From Antedon mediterranea (lineage: Eukaryota; Animalia; Echinodermata): a stretch of DNA of 64,000 bases. The DNA lies in contig NC_092677.1 in the NCBI RefSeq assembly GCF_964355755.1, forward strand, positions 6,656,101-6,720,100, written 5' to 3'. Under the pieces are notes generated by a model. The model saw nothing but the letters and a program-made list of their open reading frames with translations, ran no database searches and was not told the DNA's origin. This document shows, one piece after another, positions 11,036-25,800 of this stretch. How positions within the stretch are numbered: the first letter of the stretch is position 1; each line of letters begins with the position of its first letter. Made by a program: the position numbers and the translations under genes.

Positions 11036-12409
11036 ACGTAAAATGTATTTTAAGAATTAGAGGGTTCGGGAATCTTGAAATGCGGAAAGGAAAGGAAATG
11101 AATAAAGAAACAAAACGTACAAGATCTTTATTTTTTCAAACGGTTTAAGTGTTAATAAATTAACGATTTGAAAATTAAACTTTTGATAAAAAATTAGAAA
11201 GTTACATTACAGTAGGTCTATTACACAAAATGTCTAATCTGTTGTAAATGTAAGCCTAATTAATCAATTTCCTAAGCAGCAGTGTCCACACAAAGTTACC
11301 ATAAAGTTAAAAACTAAAAGTAAATTTTGTACATAAATAAAATTAATTGATTTTAAACGGTTAAGATGAGGAAATCTGAAAATGAGTACAAGCCGACAAA
11401 TCAAGATTCAAACCTGAAATCTTGTATTTGATGTACAGACATTAACATTCTACCATTAGACAATATTGTAGAACATCCATATATTTAGGGCCAGAAGTAA
11501 AAAGACAGACTGAAACTTCTTTATAATATTAAGAAAAGTTTAGTAGCGCCATCAGTGATTGTACGCATCACTGCACAGTGCAGTGAAGCATGTAATAAAA
11601 TGTGATTACGTGTTATGTTAGTTTTTGTTTTGTATCTCAGTTTACTAAAATTTAGATTAAAACTATGAAAGATCATCCGGATCAGGTGCCGTTTTCGGCC
11701 ACCTCGACTTGTATGGACTATACCATTATAAAAAGATGGGAAAATAGGGGTGTCCCATTTATTATTTGAGTGTGCTAATGTGTTAAAATACTGCTGCTTT
11801 TGTTCTTTTGTTTAGTGCATTATGTTTCAGCAACAAAGGGAAAACAACTACGCCCTACACGCTGTAGAATTAATTTCAGCTTTCAAGTTAATACAGTATA
11901 TTATGGCTCTTTATTTCTATATAAATTTTAGGTATCATTCCCTAATATGGATATTAGGTGGATTCCCTAAGGTGGATATTGAATACTTTTTACGGATACA
12001 GAAAGTATAGGCCTATAAAGAAATTAGTTTTTATTCCAGTTACAAATAAAAAATATAATTTATCTAACGATAACACAGTAGTATATTTAACAAAGATGAC
12101 AGTAGTACATTTAATAAGATCTATCACATACTGATTATTAGGTAATCAGTAAAACAAATAAACATTAAAATTATGTCAATGAATCTGTACCATTTTGTTC
12201 CCAGAAAACACAGAACATTTCACGTATTTAAACGTTCTGTGTAGAAATAGGCCTACATGTTCTAATTGAACAACGTTTGCATCAAAACGTTACAATAACG
12301 AATGCAAAACGGAGCTGATAATGTCGCAATGAAGAGGATGATTCATGTCTTCCAATATAGCATGGAATACATCGGCAAGCAATTGCATAGACAAGCCAAT
12401 TTATACTTT

Positions 12410-12693
12410 CCCCGCTCCCAGCACCTTCTCAATTTGGTGATCCCCACATTCACTTACTAAATATTCTCAGCCCAACATACAATATCCCCAAATAGAACAT
12501 CACTGATTAGTAAAACATTCTATAGTACAAATATCCTGCTTTACCCCAAAGAATTGAGTTTCCTCAAGCAGTCAGCCTTGTATTTAACTTCTTAACTATA
12601 TGATCAACATGTCCACCTATTTAAGCTTTAATCAAACACTACTCCCAGATACTTATAATTGTTAACAATCTCTGCCTCCTTTCCTTTAAGTAA
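12410..12693 (-). mobile_element. Degenerate Rex1/CR1-group LINE fragment
   Basis: Minus strand gives interrupted LKGKEAEIVNNYKYLGVVF...HVDHIVKKLNTRL..LRKLNS, resembling the C-terminal part of the LINE at 34585-36810. Confidence 0.6.
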
Positions 12694-13876
12694 TGTATAC
12701 TGTCAGACCAATTATGTTTATTTATGTTTATTTCAAGAAAATTGTTGCCATAATCGGTAAATCGAATAATCTCAGAAAGGTACAGAGAATAATCGTATCC
12801 AACTATAGCCGAGTCGTTGTACATAATATATATATATCGTCAATGAATCTGTTACCATTTTGTTTCTGTATCTACAATCGTTTCATTTATTTACATTTAA
12901 CATTAAATGTAAATGTATCAGTAATCAGTAAAACAAATAAACATATAATTATGTCAATGAATATGAATTGTGTTTCTGTATCTAATTCGTTTTACACTTA
13001 GAATTAAATGTAAATGTATCTGGTGAGGTAAAACAAACAAAAAACATATAATTATGTCAATGAATCTTCAATTATGTTCGTCTACCGATACCAGGTTCAA
13101 ATCCATGATGTTGAGATTTATCCCTTGCAAATAAAAAATATGATTTATCTACCTATCTACTTAGTATTTAAGATTTTCTAATTTCGAATCCGATTGTACT
13201 AAAATTTAATGTGTTGAAATCAAGAGAGGCATAACATAGTATTTAATATGTTTTAATTTTGATTATACTATAGTGTTTAGGTTAGTTTTTATATATAGTA
13301 TTTAGTAAGTAAGTTATACATAGGCCTAGTTAATATAGTAATATTGTTACAAAATCTTGGCATTGCGTAACACAGTGCCTAATACAGTAATAACATGCCT
13401 TATTAAAAAGTGCATGCTTGCTAGTTTTTGATGTTCTGTATTGTTTCTTGTACAGTAGTTTGTACTGTATGTTACATAACAGAACAATTGTATTGTCTTC
13501 CCATTCAATAGACACCCTTCTATACATAAAACATAATACACCACACCCCTACCATAATAATGGTATAGTCCATATAAGTCAAGGTGGCCGAAAACGGCAC
13601 CTGATCCGATCATCCAACATTTTAATTCTATTTCAAACATTCAGTGGGTTCAATAAAACATTAATTTTAACTAAAAAATAAAAGTGTTTGTCGAACCTAA
13701 AACCAGAGGAAAAGAAGAACCAATCAGTGATAATATGATACGCTTCACTGCATACTGTGAAGTGAGGCGTGTAATTAAATGCAGTGAAGCGTGGTTACGT
13801 GTTGTTTTGTTTTGTATGTGGGAAATTGATGATGTGTAATATACAGCAGAACTGTATATGAGACAGCCATTACGAG

Positions 13877-16800
13877 ATGATTTCTTTGATTTTGTTTAGT
13901 TTATATTTATTAACTTTGGGTTTGGTATGTATGGCTGCAATAGTTTGTAAATATATTGTAGAATGAGGCACCTACCACCACACACAGACAGCATTGCATT
14001 TGCTTCCTACCTACCTACCACACCAGCATGGCATGAGAGTAGGCCTAGCCTAGTACTAGTAGTAGTAGTAGCAGTACTAGGCTAGTACTAGTAGGCTTTA
14101 CTAGATAGAACTAGGCCTATGTACTTGCTTGGGCTTATATAGGTCTGGCATAATTTAGTGTTAAATGATCATGCATGGCCGCGGTCGGTGTGCAAAAAGG
14201 CCAGTCAGGATAGTCCTAACTAGGGGCCTAGCTAGCTTGAGGGATCCAGGAGTGATTCAGTCTGACCTATTTATTAACATACTGTAGTTTAGTTTAGGCC
14301 TATATGTACGGAACGCCATCGCTGCCTCTGGCAGCAAGTTTGAATTCTATTCGGCTCTTTTAGCATTATGTTCGGCTCTTTTAGCATTCGGCGCATTTTT
14401 ATTCGGCTCGGCCTATTTACCATGGTTTTACCATTACGTTCGGCTCTTTCAGCATTCGACGCATTTCTATTCGGCCCATTTACCATTACGTTCGGCTCTT
14501 TCAGCATTCTGCTCTTTTTTATTCGGCCCATTTACCATTACGTTCGGCTCTTTCAGCATTCGGCTATTTTTTATTCGACCCATTTACGATTACGTTCGGC
14601 TCTTTTTGATTCTGCCCTTTAGATTCTGCCCTTTAGATTTTCTCTAACCACAAGTGACAATCAGATTTATTGAATTGTCATAAAAATCAATTCACTTACG
14701 TTGCATCTACGTCCTTGAGGGAACCAAGATTTATAAATATGCCCTAGTTTGACAAAAAATGTCTGATAGTGCCCAAATATGGTAGTGACATGCCCAAATA
14801 TGGTAGTGATATGACATCATCATGTCCATATATGGGCACATCACATTTTTTTGTGACATAAAGTTTGATAATGCTTTAGACCTACTGTAAGTACACTCTT
14901 GAACATTCCAATTACATCACCACTGTAAAGACTTCACACCTTTATATTATATTGAGAATTAAAGATTAAATAGTTATTTTTTTGTTTCATCCAGAGTAAC
15001 AGTAATATACTTGGAAATGATGACACTTTAACTGTGCTAGTTGACACTGATAGATTAAAGCACAATTTTGTAAAGGTTTTGCAACCACCTGAATTTCTAA
15101 CACCAGAAACATGGATCGAGGTGGAATACAGATGTTCAAAAGATTCTACAGTCGGTATCGAACTTGTCGCTACCACTGACTATCGAACAGAAACCACAAT
15201 TTATCGCAAGCATTTTCCGTGTAATCGTAAGTTCGACAGAGCCAGAAGAAGACTTCTAAAGTTATCTACAGCAGACAGTGTGCTATATAGACAAGACTAT
15301 CTTTTGAAAAAATCTCACAATATTTATAACGTTCAATTACGTGGTTGGCTTTTGAGTAAAAAGGACCAACTACGTATATCTGGGAATTACTATCGTTCCA
15401 GTGCGAGAGTTACGTACCCAATAACAACACGCTCACCTTATTCAAGACCCAGACGGAGTGTGTATCAAATCACATCAGTTTGTTTACCATGGTTATCTCG
15501 GATGCTGGTAACATATTTAAATGATAAATATTTTTTAGAACAGTGTAAGGTAGAACCGGGTAAGTAATGTTGCTTTACTAAAGCATAGTTTCCAATTTTG
15601 ATGTATTTCATAATTTATATTTTTCTGCAACAAATTTAGATAATTAACTGTAAACATTTTCTGTTGCAATTAATCAACTACCCCTTTTTATTTTTTCCAT
15701 TGTTTGAAACACATTGTGTAATTTTATAAAACAAGGGCTTATTTATCTATTCATCTATACATTTTTTTGTAATTTATTTATTATCTTAATGTTAAGATGT
15801 TAAACTAGTTTTTAGTGGGTCTCCTATCACAAGCTCCTTGGGATTTCTTGGAGGTCCCTTTCATCTTCCTTACATCTTTTACTCCTTCTTGGATAACCAC
15901 TTTTAAAATTAAAGTCTCTTATGGCTTATGTGTACTTTAAAGAACCCAGTTGCATTATGATAAATTTACATGAAAGTATTCTCATTTTAGAATAAAGCGC
16001 TGTCTACTTATCAAACTTTATGTGACAAAAAATGTGATGTGCTCATGTACTGTATATGGACAACATGATGATGTATTGTCATATCACTACCATATTTGAG
16101 CATATCACTAGTTTTGATAGTGTAGACAGAGCTTTAGGATTTTATCAATTTATTGTTAGATCTGAAAATGCACACAGTAACTGATACAGTTCTATCCTTA
16201 AACATAATTAAAGTTGATTGGTATTTGAACAAAATTGAACATTTTCATCAAGAATTGAAATAGCAATTATTTAAATTTATGAGCATGTTTGTCTGTACAA
16301 TTGAATACTGTATACAATGTAAAAATCAATATTCCTAAAGCTGCATATGACATCTGTTGCGTGAATAAGTATAAATAGTACCAGAACAAAATGCTTCTTT
16401 TGATCTCAAACTGACTATAAAATGAGTACAAATCATTTATTAACCGACCCTCTTGTATTAAAGATATATTGTTTCCCTGAAAAAATATTTGTTTTTGTTA
16501 AATATATTTTAATGTCACATAATAGTTTAAGCAAAAAAATGTAAAACAAACAAAAAATGTGACTGCCAGCCAATGTTTTTTTGATTGAATTTAACCATTT
16601 ATTTTGTCATTTTATAAGTAAAACATTATTTTTTTGTTTTTCTATGGAAGTTATTAACTTTTTGTGGAATCTTTACATCTTTTTGTGTAAATATTTAAAT
16701 TTCCAACTGTTTCTCTATTATTTGACAGTTATCCATTTCCCTTGTATGTCAGACCTGCCTTGCTTTTTGTTTCTTTTCTGTCGTCGTGGGCTTTGCTCCC

Positions 16801-19800
16801 TCTCCTCCCCCCCCCCCCACCTTTTTTTGTATGTGTTTAAGATTTATATTTTTATACATTTCAAATGTTATCGTTTTATGTAAAAATCACAATTCAGTTT
16901 TACTGTGAAGATTATTTTATAATAAATATACCATTTAATATGAATGAAATAATGAATTTTCCTTGTATGCATTTTCATTTTATGCATTTATATCCTGAAC
17001 CCTGTACTTTCATTATTTTAGAAATTATAGACCTGGTACAATTTCCAGTGGCTCTGACTGGATTGTTTGCTGGTATAAGTAAAGATGTTCCTTCATTTTC
17101 TGATCACATTCTTCGTCATCAAGTTCAATCTTTAAGAAAAAATCCAAGGTATGTAAAATATATGTTTAAACGAAGAAAGTTTATGGTAATGGGCTTTTAG
17201 ATTGACAGTAGTTTACTGGAAAGATTTTAAACTATATTTGAAAAGGGAAGGGGTGACAGTGTTAAGCTCTGTCTACACTATAAAACTAGTTTAAATTGTG
17301 TGAGACCAAATAGTGATATGACGTCATCTTGTCCGTACATGGGCACATAAAGTTTGATAGTGTAGACAGAGCTTGAATGCAAATTCAATGTAAATAATTT
17401 GTAAGTTGTAAGGACTGTCGAGAGTTCATAAAGAACAACAACAACACCTTGTACACGTGTAGCAAATATCTGCACATGATAGACGATCAATCAATACAGT
17501 TATATCTTGTGATTGCTTCAGGCTGATTTTTCTACAGTATAGTCTGGAAGGATTGTAATCTTGCATCAACGTTTGTTACTCACTTTTAGCCTGATAATAT
17601 AATAATAATTTATTTGGAGATTACACTTTTACAACAGTGGCACTCGACCAAATGGAAGGTGCATCCAAGAGAAATATACAAAAAAAAAAACATGATATAG
17701 AAAATAACAATTACAATAAAAAGTCGACGTAGGTCAACATGTCAAAACAATTCAACTACAGTAACTACAATACCATTGAACTGACACCTAAAAATACAAA
17801 ATTACAAGAAATAAACATATAGAATAGGTAGGAACTGTACAATATAAAATGAATTGGGCAACAACAATGTAGACCTAACACTATAATGAGATAGATATCA
17901 ATCATTTAGTGAGATAGATATCAATCATTTAGTTTGATTGATATGAACATAGTTTGATAGTTTGAGTGATCTCCTCCACTACGATTCCAGTTTTGGTTTT
18001 AATAACTACAATACATGCCGGTGCCGACTTCGCTCCTCTAATGACCCCGTTCCAAAATCTAATCGGAAAGTTGGTGACAATGCTTTTTCTGTCACCGTTC
18101 CGCGGATCTGGAATGCACAACCTGTCGATTTGAGAGGAGCGAATTTGGCACCTCTATTTTAACTTAAAACTTTTCTTTTTAATTAATTATTAAGTATTGT
18201 TAGGTGCTCTGTTCTTTGTAGGGCCCATATAAAAACTTGTATACATGTAGAATAGAATGCAAAGATTTTCTATAATGTGTATGTGGCATATACCACACTC
18301 TTTTAAATAGCACCCAGGATATATTGATAACATTGTAGCATTCTCTATGGTTTGACCTCGTTTAAAGTCAACAGATATTTAATTTTTTTTGAAGACTGCC
18401 TATTGTATCCTACACATTAACAAATTATTTATCTGCAAAATTATATCTACTTTTGATCATATTAATCAACACACCTGTGTTCAGAATAAGAACTGACTAA
18501 CACTTTCTGAGCAATTATGATTTCAGTTTGATACTTAAATTAAGTTTGTTTATATTGGAGACAATTTATTTTTGGCATACAGTATTTCATAAATTCAATT
18601 ATCTATCAAGATATGTACTTCTCTATGTAATCAGCATTTTTCTATCAAAATATCTTGTTTTTGTTGTTTTTTTTTATGGAAAATTACTTCAAATATAATG
18701 AGTAGTATAATGCTATGATTTGATAATTTCTACTGCAGAAGGAAACTTGTATCTTTGTATTTTTATTAGATTTACAGTCGTCATGTACATATACATGCTG
18801 AATCATTGTAAACACAGCCTCTGCAGCATCATGCACAGAAAGACTCGCTACACAAATGCCTACGTCACACCCTTAATCTTTGTCAACAGTGAAGGTATTA
18901 TTTTGTTATTTTAATATCCAGCACCATGTTTAAACTGATTTATTGTCTCCTTTCATTATTATCATTATGTATTTTTATACCACTTTATATAGTATTCTTT
19001 CACTGACTTCACAGAAGTTCTGTAACGGCTATGAGCAATTTCTTGCTAACCCAGGCGCTTAAGTTTAAGAGGCCCCAACATAAGCAGTCCCTAAACAGCT
19101 TCTTCGGAAGGCCCAGTAGGAGGAATAAACCAAGGGCCTTTTCCTCCTGCACTACGCCAATGCTTGTTGTTATTGTCAATGTATCTAAATGTTTGTTGCT
19201 TGCAGGTCAGGTTCATGTTCAAGGAGTTATGGAAAATGGTCAAGCTCACAGCATGTTGACGATAGCAAAGATACCAGTTGGTGAATGGGTTAGAATTGTT
19301 TATGTACAAGACAAAAGAAAGGTTTGTTTTTAAATTAGAAATTTTAAAAGTTACAAAAGTTTGGTATGGAAGGCAATCTCTGCCAAAATAAAATACAAAT
19401 GTACAACATAATTTCACAGGTGAAATACATGTGTTTTCACTTTACCATAAATATAATAGTAGTAGCCTGGTATACTATTTCATAGACTGTTTTTGACAGG
19501 AATTGCCTTCCATACAAACTAATATAAACTAACTTCTCACAATTATTCTTTTATTTTAGTGGTCACTGACGTTTAACCATGGTCAGAATTTTGAAAATGT
19601 TTCAAAATCAAGTGCATCATTTCCAAGAAGGTTACTATATGATGATCAAGATGCATTCATCCACATTGGAGGCAGCAAACCGGTCGTCTCATTCGAGGGT
19701 TACGCAGCACATGTCAAGCTTTGGCGATTGAGAGCATTAGAAGCTGAAAAAGTATTATTGTGTTTAGTTTAAGTAAAATTAATATTGCCCTCAAAGAGTT

Positions 19801-22800
19801 AATGTGTATCCTATGTGAATGGCAATTTGAAGTGAAAAAGCAGTACTGTAGCCTACAGACAAGTATCACTGTGGTAGTAGCCTACAGTACAAGTATCACT
19901 GTGGTAGAACATGAATTTGACTCTTTTGTGGATAAAAATAACTGTAAAGTAGAGGCTCTTTTTTTTACATTCCTATTAAGGCAACACTTCTCTTGAAAGA
20001 ATCAAGGCACAATTTTATGTTTTATCACTATGGCCAACCCCTATTCAGGGAACATCCATATTAAGAGACACTTTGTTTGTACAATAAAAGTGTCCTCGTT
20101 AAATTATAGAGGTTCTAATGTATTTTTTTGGGTGTGAAAAAAAGTTGCTGGCATTTTGTCAAATAGATCATTATTGATTAAGAATAAATTATACTGGGCA
20201 TGCATGATTATAAATGACTATACATGTTGAAATGATCATACATTTGTATTGAAATTGATTATAGATTAAGTTTGTAGAAGAGGATGAGCTGATGAATGGC
20301 ATCCAGGTACAAGTTGAAAAATGTCAGCGGTTCAAAAAGAAGATGAACTCTTTAGTCAGTAATTATCAACACATGATGCAGTATTACATTAAACAGAGTG
20401 AGTATAAAAAGATGTATAACACCACTCACAAAGTTTATAAGACACAAAAGATAAAAAAAAGTTTATGAGACTTGTTTCTATAGAGCATTTTTATGTTTTT
20501 CGTGTACTGTCAGGTTGCTACCTAGTGTGGGCAGGTATCTTTTTTTGTGTTGAATGAAACTAATATCAATAGGTATCACAACAACCTGGTTCCAATTCTT
20601 TCTCTGCCAAGCGCCACCACCTAAACCTTTAATTATTCTGTATCTTTGGCGTACAAACACCATTGCTGGTTATCACGTATGTATGTTCTGTTTGGTTCTA
20701 CACTGTAAATTGTATTTGCACATTATTATTATTATAGAATCTTCACATCGCTATGAATACAGTTTAAGTATAAAAGAGCCAGTTAAGCCATATTGTAAAG
20801 TTTGGGCATACAAGCCAAGTCCCAAATACAAGATTGTTAGTGGAATTCTAAGGCGTTTTGTTTTGGACAAGCCATGTGATCAAATAGACCAGCGAACATG
20901 TGACTATGACTTGCTGTATGACAGAACAGAAATTGGAAGAAAATTGTTTGAGCAGGCTACAGAAGTACTGGTAAGTTTAATAGGACTTTTCTCAATACAA
21001 GACTTCTGTCAGCCAACAATTAAAAAAAGCCTAGAAATACTTCAGATACCATTATAAATAATGCAGTTTAGACTTCAGTGGAAATCAACCTGATCTAGAT
21101 AGTCACTTAATCTAACTTTATGATTTGTAGGATATCAAACTTAATAATCAATCATGCCATTGTTCTAATTTTTTACAGACAGTACACTTAAGAGATATCT
21201 CTGTGATGGTCCATCCATTGGAACAGGCCAGTTGCTATGGATACCATAGAGCAACTCATATGGTGGCTATTATGTACTCTGAAGGACTTGGAGCAAGAGT
21301 TGATGTAACTAAGGTGCTTACAAATAAACATTACTGTGCCCACAGGAGCATTCAGCATTATGTCTGTTCAGACTTTTTTTTTGTTTATTAAATTGACATT
21401 TATGGGATAAATATTAAAATAATAATTGTTTAGTTGTACTCTTTCTCTCTTCTAATAATATATTTTATGTGGTTATTTTTCAGTCATTGATCCTTGAACT
21501 TACTGGTGCACAGGGCAAAGGTCGACTTTCAGCAATGGCTCTGGGTTCCCAGCATTCCCTTGGGCAGCATGGATTACCGCTAGACTATGATTATGCATTC
21601 TGTAAGTGGAAATATTACAACATTCATTTTTTTTTTCATTTCATTTATTTCATCAAGACAGAAACATAACAAAAACCTGTGACGGTGACGGGAAATAAAC
21701 AGAAGCGAACTGAATTGCTGTATAAATTTCCTTTGCCGTCACGGGTGTAAATCTTTTCCGCCGTCACGGTAATAAATTTTCTCCGCCGTCATGAAAATTG
21801 ATTTTCGTAACTTTAAACTTCTATACCCACTCTTTACCTATATTTTTAACAACAGATAGAACAAAATGTAAAGTAAAAAGTAGAAGCTGATAATTAAATT
21901 GGCCTTTTTTTTTAATAACCTATAGATTATTATAAATTGGTTGCCAAGGAAACTAGTGCAGATCGGGAAAAGCATGATTCTGGTTCGGTGAGTTTTATAT
22001 ATTTTTTTATTTAAACATTAATCGACTTAGCGGTCCAATTTAATTTAACTAGTACCAAATCCTTTGATACCTGAGATATTGCATGTTTTCTTCCTGATAA
22101 TATCTATTCTAAATGATAAAATCTTGTTCTCACCCTACTAATTACTCTTTCTTACTGTCAATCCTAAAGCTCTGTCTATACTATCAAACTAGTTTGACAA
22201 AAAGGTGTGATGTGCCCAAATATATCCATATATGGGCACATCACATTTTGTTGTCAGATACAGTTTGATAGTGTAGACAGAGCTATAGAATTCTCTGTTT
22301 ATTAGGTTTGAAATAAAAATTAAGGTGTCTAAATATCATTAATCGACCCCTTTTTTCAATTGATGCTATACTTAAGCAACACAACAATATTTTTCTCAAG
22401 ACCTAATATTAATAACATTCTTCGCTTCACAATAGATTTATACTGAGCATATAAGGTTGACGGACACAGCAGCTCTAAAGACGCAGTCAGGCGAGAAGGG
22501 TGATTATTTCTTATGGCTTAAGTACCAGGCAAAGCATGGTATGGCAGATGCTCAGGTATTGGGATTGGTATAGCTTGGTGTATGCATGTCATTATTAAGG
22601 AGCTTTTGATTTGTGATGACCAAACGGCCAAACTACATCATGTCAATTCATTTTGCACATACAAAGATACTGCGACATGTGTCCTACATCAATTGACATG
22701 GCTTAGGTTGATTGTTGGTTGTCGCATATTGATAGCCCACTAAATGATAACAATTTTAATAACAGTAATTGATAACTTTAACAATTACGATAGTAACATT

Positions 22801-25800
22801 TTTTTATAATTGTTTTGTCCTTTTTTTATGATCCTGGTTTTACTAATTTTATAAACGTTTTACTCATTCCTTTTGATTTACCCTTTGGGTTTTTTTACTG
22901 TATTTTATACATTATTTAAAAAATTGAAAATGAACACCTTTTCTTATGCATCCATCTTCCTTCTGCATGTACACATTTTATTATGATTATTTTATTGTTA
23001 AACAATTATAATTATATGAGTAGTATTTATGCAACCCTGTCAATCCATTTTTTGTTAAGCTTTTGATTTTCCTCCATAACACTGATTTTGAATTCCCATT
23101 TTAAGCTGTTATTCTCTTCTGTTTATTAAATCTTTTTCAAAATATTAGGTCCATCTGACAACTTGCTTTTCCTGTGTTAAAAACAATTAAGCTCTGCAGT
23201 CTGTGTTTTCATGATGCACCACTTGACTACACAGCTGATAATTGAAAAATTCATTATTTGCACAATTAGAAACACAGAATGAATAACTCAATAGCTGAGT
23301 TATTGAGTGGAACACATGGAATCGAAAACTACCTAATTAAAATCCCAGCTGCGGTCTTCCATTATGCATAATGATGTGTATTTGCGACTCTATGTTTCGA
23401 AGACCTATATTATGTCAAAGGTCAAAAGATGTAGCAAAATCAAAAGCTTTTAAATATGCATGAACCACTTTACCAGCATGTGTTTTCCTCAATTTCCCCC
23501 TTCTTTTCCCTCCTCTCAGGGTGATCTAGCTCGTATTCTGTTCTGGGGACAACATGGAATCGAGCGTGATGTAGCTGAGGCTGCTCAATATTATAGGCTA
23601 CATGCCGAGAATAGTCCACTAAATGCGGCTGCTCAGTTTAATTATGGTATTATATTAACAAAGGTAACGTTATGTGCCTGTTTTCTGTTTTTCAAATACT
23701 TAGTATAATTCAAACACGTTCTTTCCTCCCACACACACAGAATGATTCTATACTTTGATAGACATTGAATGATTTATTTTTGATATTTCAAGTTGGTTTG
23801 AGGTTTTTTTTTATTTGTTGCAACATTACATTTCTGTTAAAATGAATTGATCCTAAATGAATTTTACTTTGGACGCTGCTACCACCAGTCAAACGTTGCA
23901 AGGATGCTATTCTGGGGGTCTCAAGGTGTACCACGTAACATGGAGGCTGCTGTACACTATTATGAAATGGGTGCACTAGAGCACCCTGATAATCCAATAG
24001 CTCTATATGACTATGGAATAGTGCTCATGCGGGTGAGATAGTTGTTTTAACTGAAACATTTTTTTTTTTAATATTATTAATTTTGATACAAAACTTCAAG
24101 CATAACACATCCAACAATTTTAATATATATGTTTATAATATGTCCAATTAAAGTTTTTTTTCATAAATTGAATAAGTTTTTTACCAAACATTGTTAAATA
24201 CATCAATATTATATTTATCTCTTTAATTTATCAAAAACAATTCCTAAAAGTTTATATAAGCATAAAAACGAACCGGACAAAAAAAGCAATCTGCAAACAA
24301 GTTTATGTATGTTGATATAAAGTTTGCGGTACACATGTGATCAATATGCTTCAATCGTCCACACTTTTTTTTTAAAGTTTAGACATTATAATTTTTATGA
24401 ATTTTTAACTGAATAAAAAGTTCTGTAGACCTACAGTACCACCTGTTTTCTTGTAGGGACAAGGTGTGAAGAAAGACCGAAAAAAAGGAGTTGAACAACT
24501 GAAAAAGGCAGCTGACTTGGGACACTCACCCGCTATGACCGCTCTAGGCTGGTATTATCTGAATATTGAGCGCAAAATTGATATTGCCATCCCATACTTT
24601 GAGATGGCTGATGCTATGAATGACAAAGATGCAGCGCACAACCTTGGCTTTCTTTATCAACATGGAATGTATCCTGATCACCCTGTTGACAGAGTAAGAT
24701 ATTGAAATATATATAAATTTACAAATACTTCAATATTTTGTAGGCCTTGAATTATTGCCTACATTGTGCCACATTGCATTGCATTTGCATACTCACCAGC
24801 TCTCCACTATATCTTCCAGCATAAAATCTTTTTTTTGTCTTTAATTTGTTACATAGATGTTTTACAGCTAACAATCTATTGATAACTACAGTAGAAACCT
24901 TCTTTGAGACACAAACTGTAATGGGAGCAGTACCCTCTAAAACTAAAAGTCTTCATTACAGTTTTTGTCCTGTTTCCGGTTCCCGTGTTGTCCTGTTTTC
25001 TCCTGTTTTCTTTTATAGCCTTATACGAGCTTCGCTTTTTTGGAATTTTGCTCCTCTTATTTTAATCATATTTACTGTTAATTTTTATTTATTATGAAAT
25101 TATAAGAGAAATATATGTTACTTTGATTGATTGATTGAGATTTTATAAACTATTAACACCACTATTCAGGGGACACTCCTTATGAAGGTGTCCCCTTATT
25201 AGAGGTTACTGTAGTGTTTAAACTTTGTTCACCTATAGGCCAAAGGTTTTGAATATTGATTGATTAAGTGATTGATTGAGATAATCTATTAACACCACTA
25301 TTCAGGGGACACTCCTTAAGAAGGTGTCCCCTTATTAGAGGTTACTGTAGTGTTTAAACTTTGTTCACCTATAGGCCAAAGGTTTTGAATATCATTTAAA
25401 AGCAGCAGCAGCTGGTCATATTGAGTCATCTATCACAGTAGCCACCACATTCAATGAAGGCCATGAGAGTATGCAGAGAAATAGCTATCATGCTATGCTG
25501 TAAGTAATACTGGCTTTTACTAACTTTATCATAAAGTTACAGTAGGAAAAAGTGAGATTACTCTGCCTACGGTATGCATGCATGTAAAAATGTATGTGTA
25601 AAATTAAAGAATTTTATTGGTTGACATTCTGTACAACAATAAGACATTAAATTTATTATTTTGTATGATAAATCTGCTTTGCTATTAAAAGACTATATTG
25701 TTACTGAAGACTTCTGAAACATCCTTCCAACATACATCATACAGAATTTCAATTTCAATAATTTAGTTAAAATTTATTTAATTTTGTATACACAGATGGG

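Noticed and set aside
14289-14622. Repeat array with two ORFs, superficially CRISPR-like
   Set aside because: No unique spacers, eukaryotic intron, no cas genes; an ordinary minisatellite.
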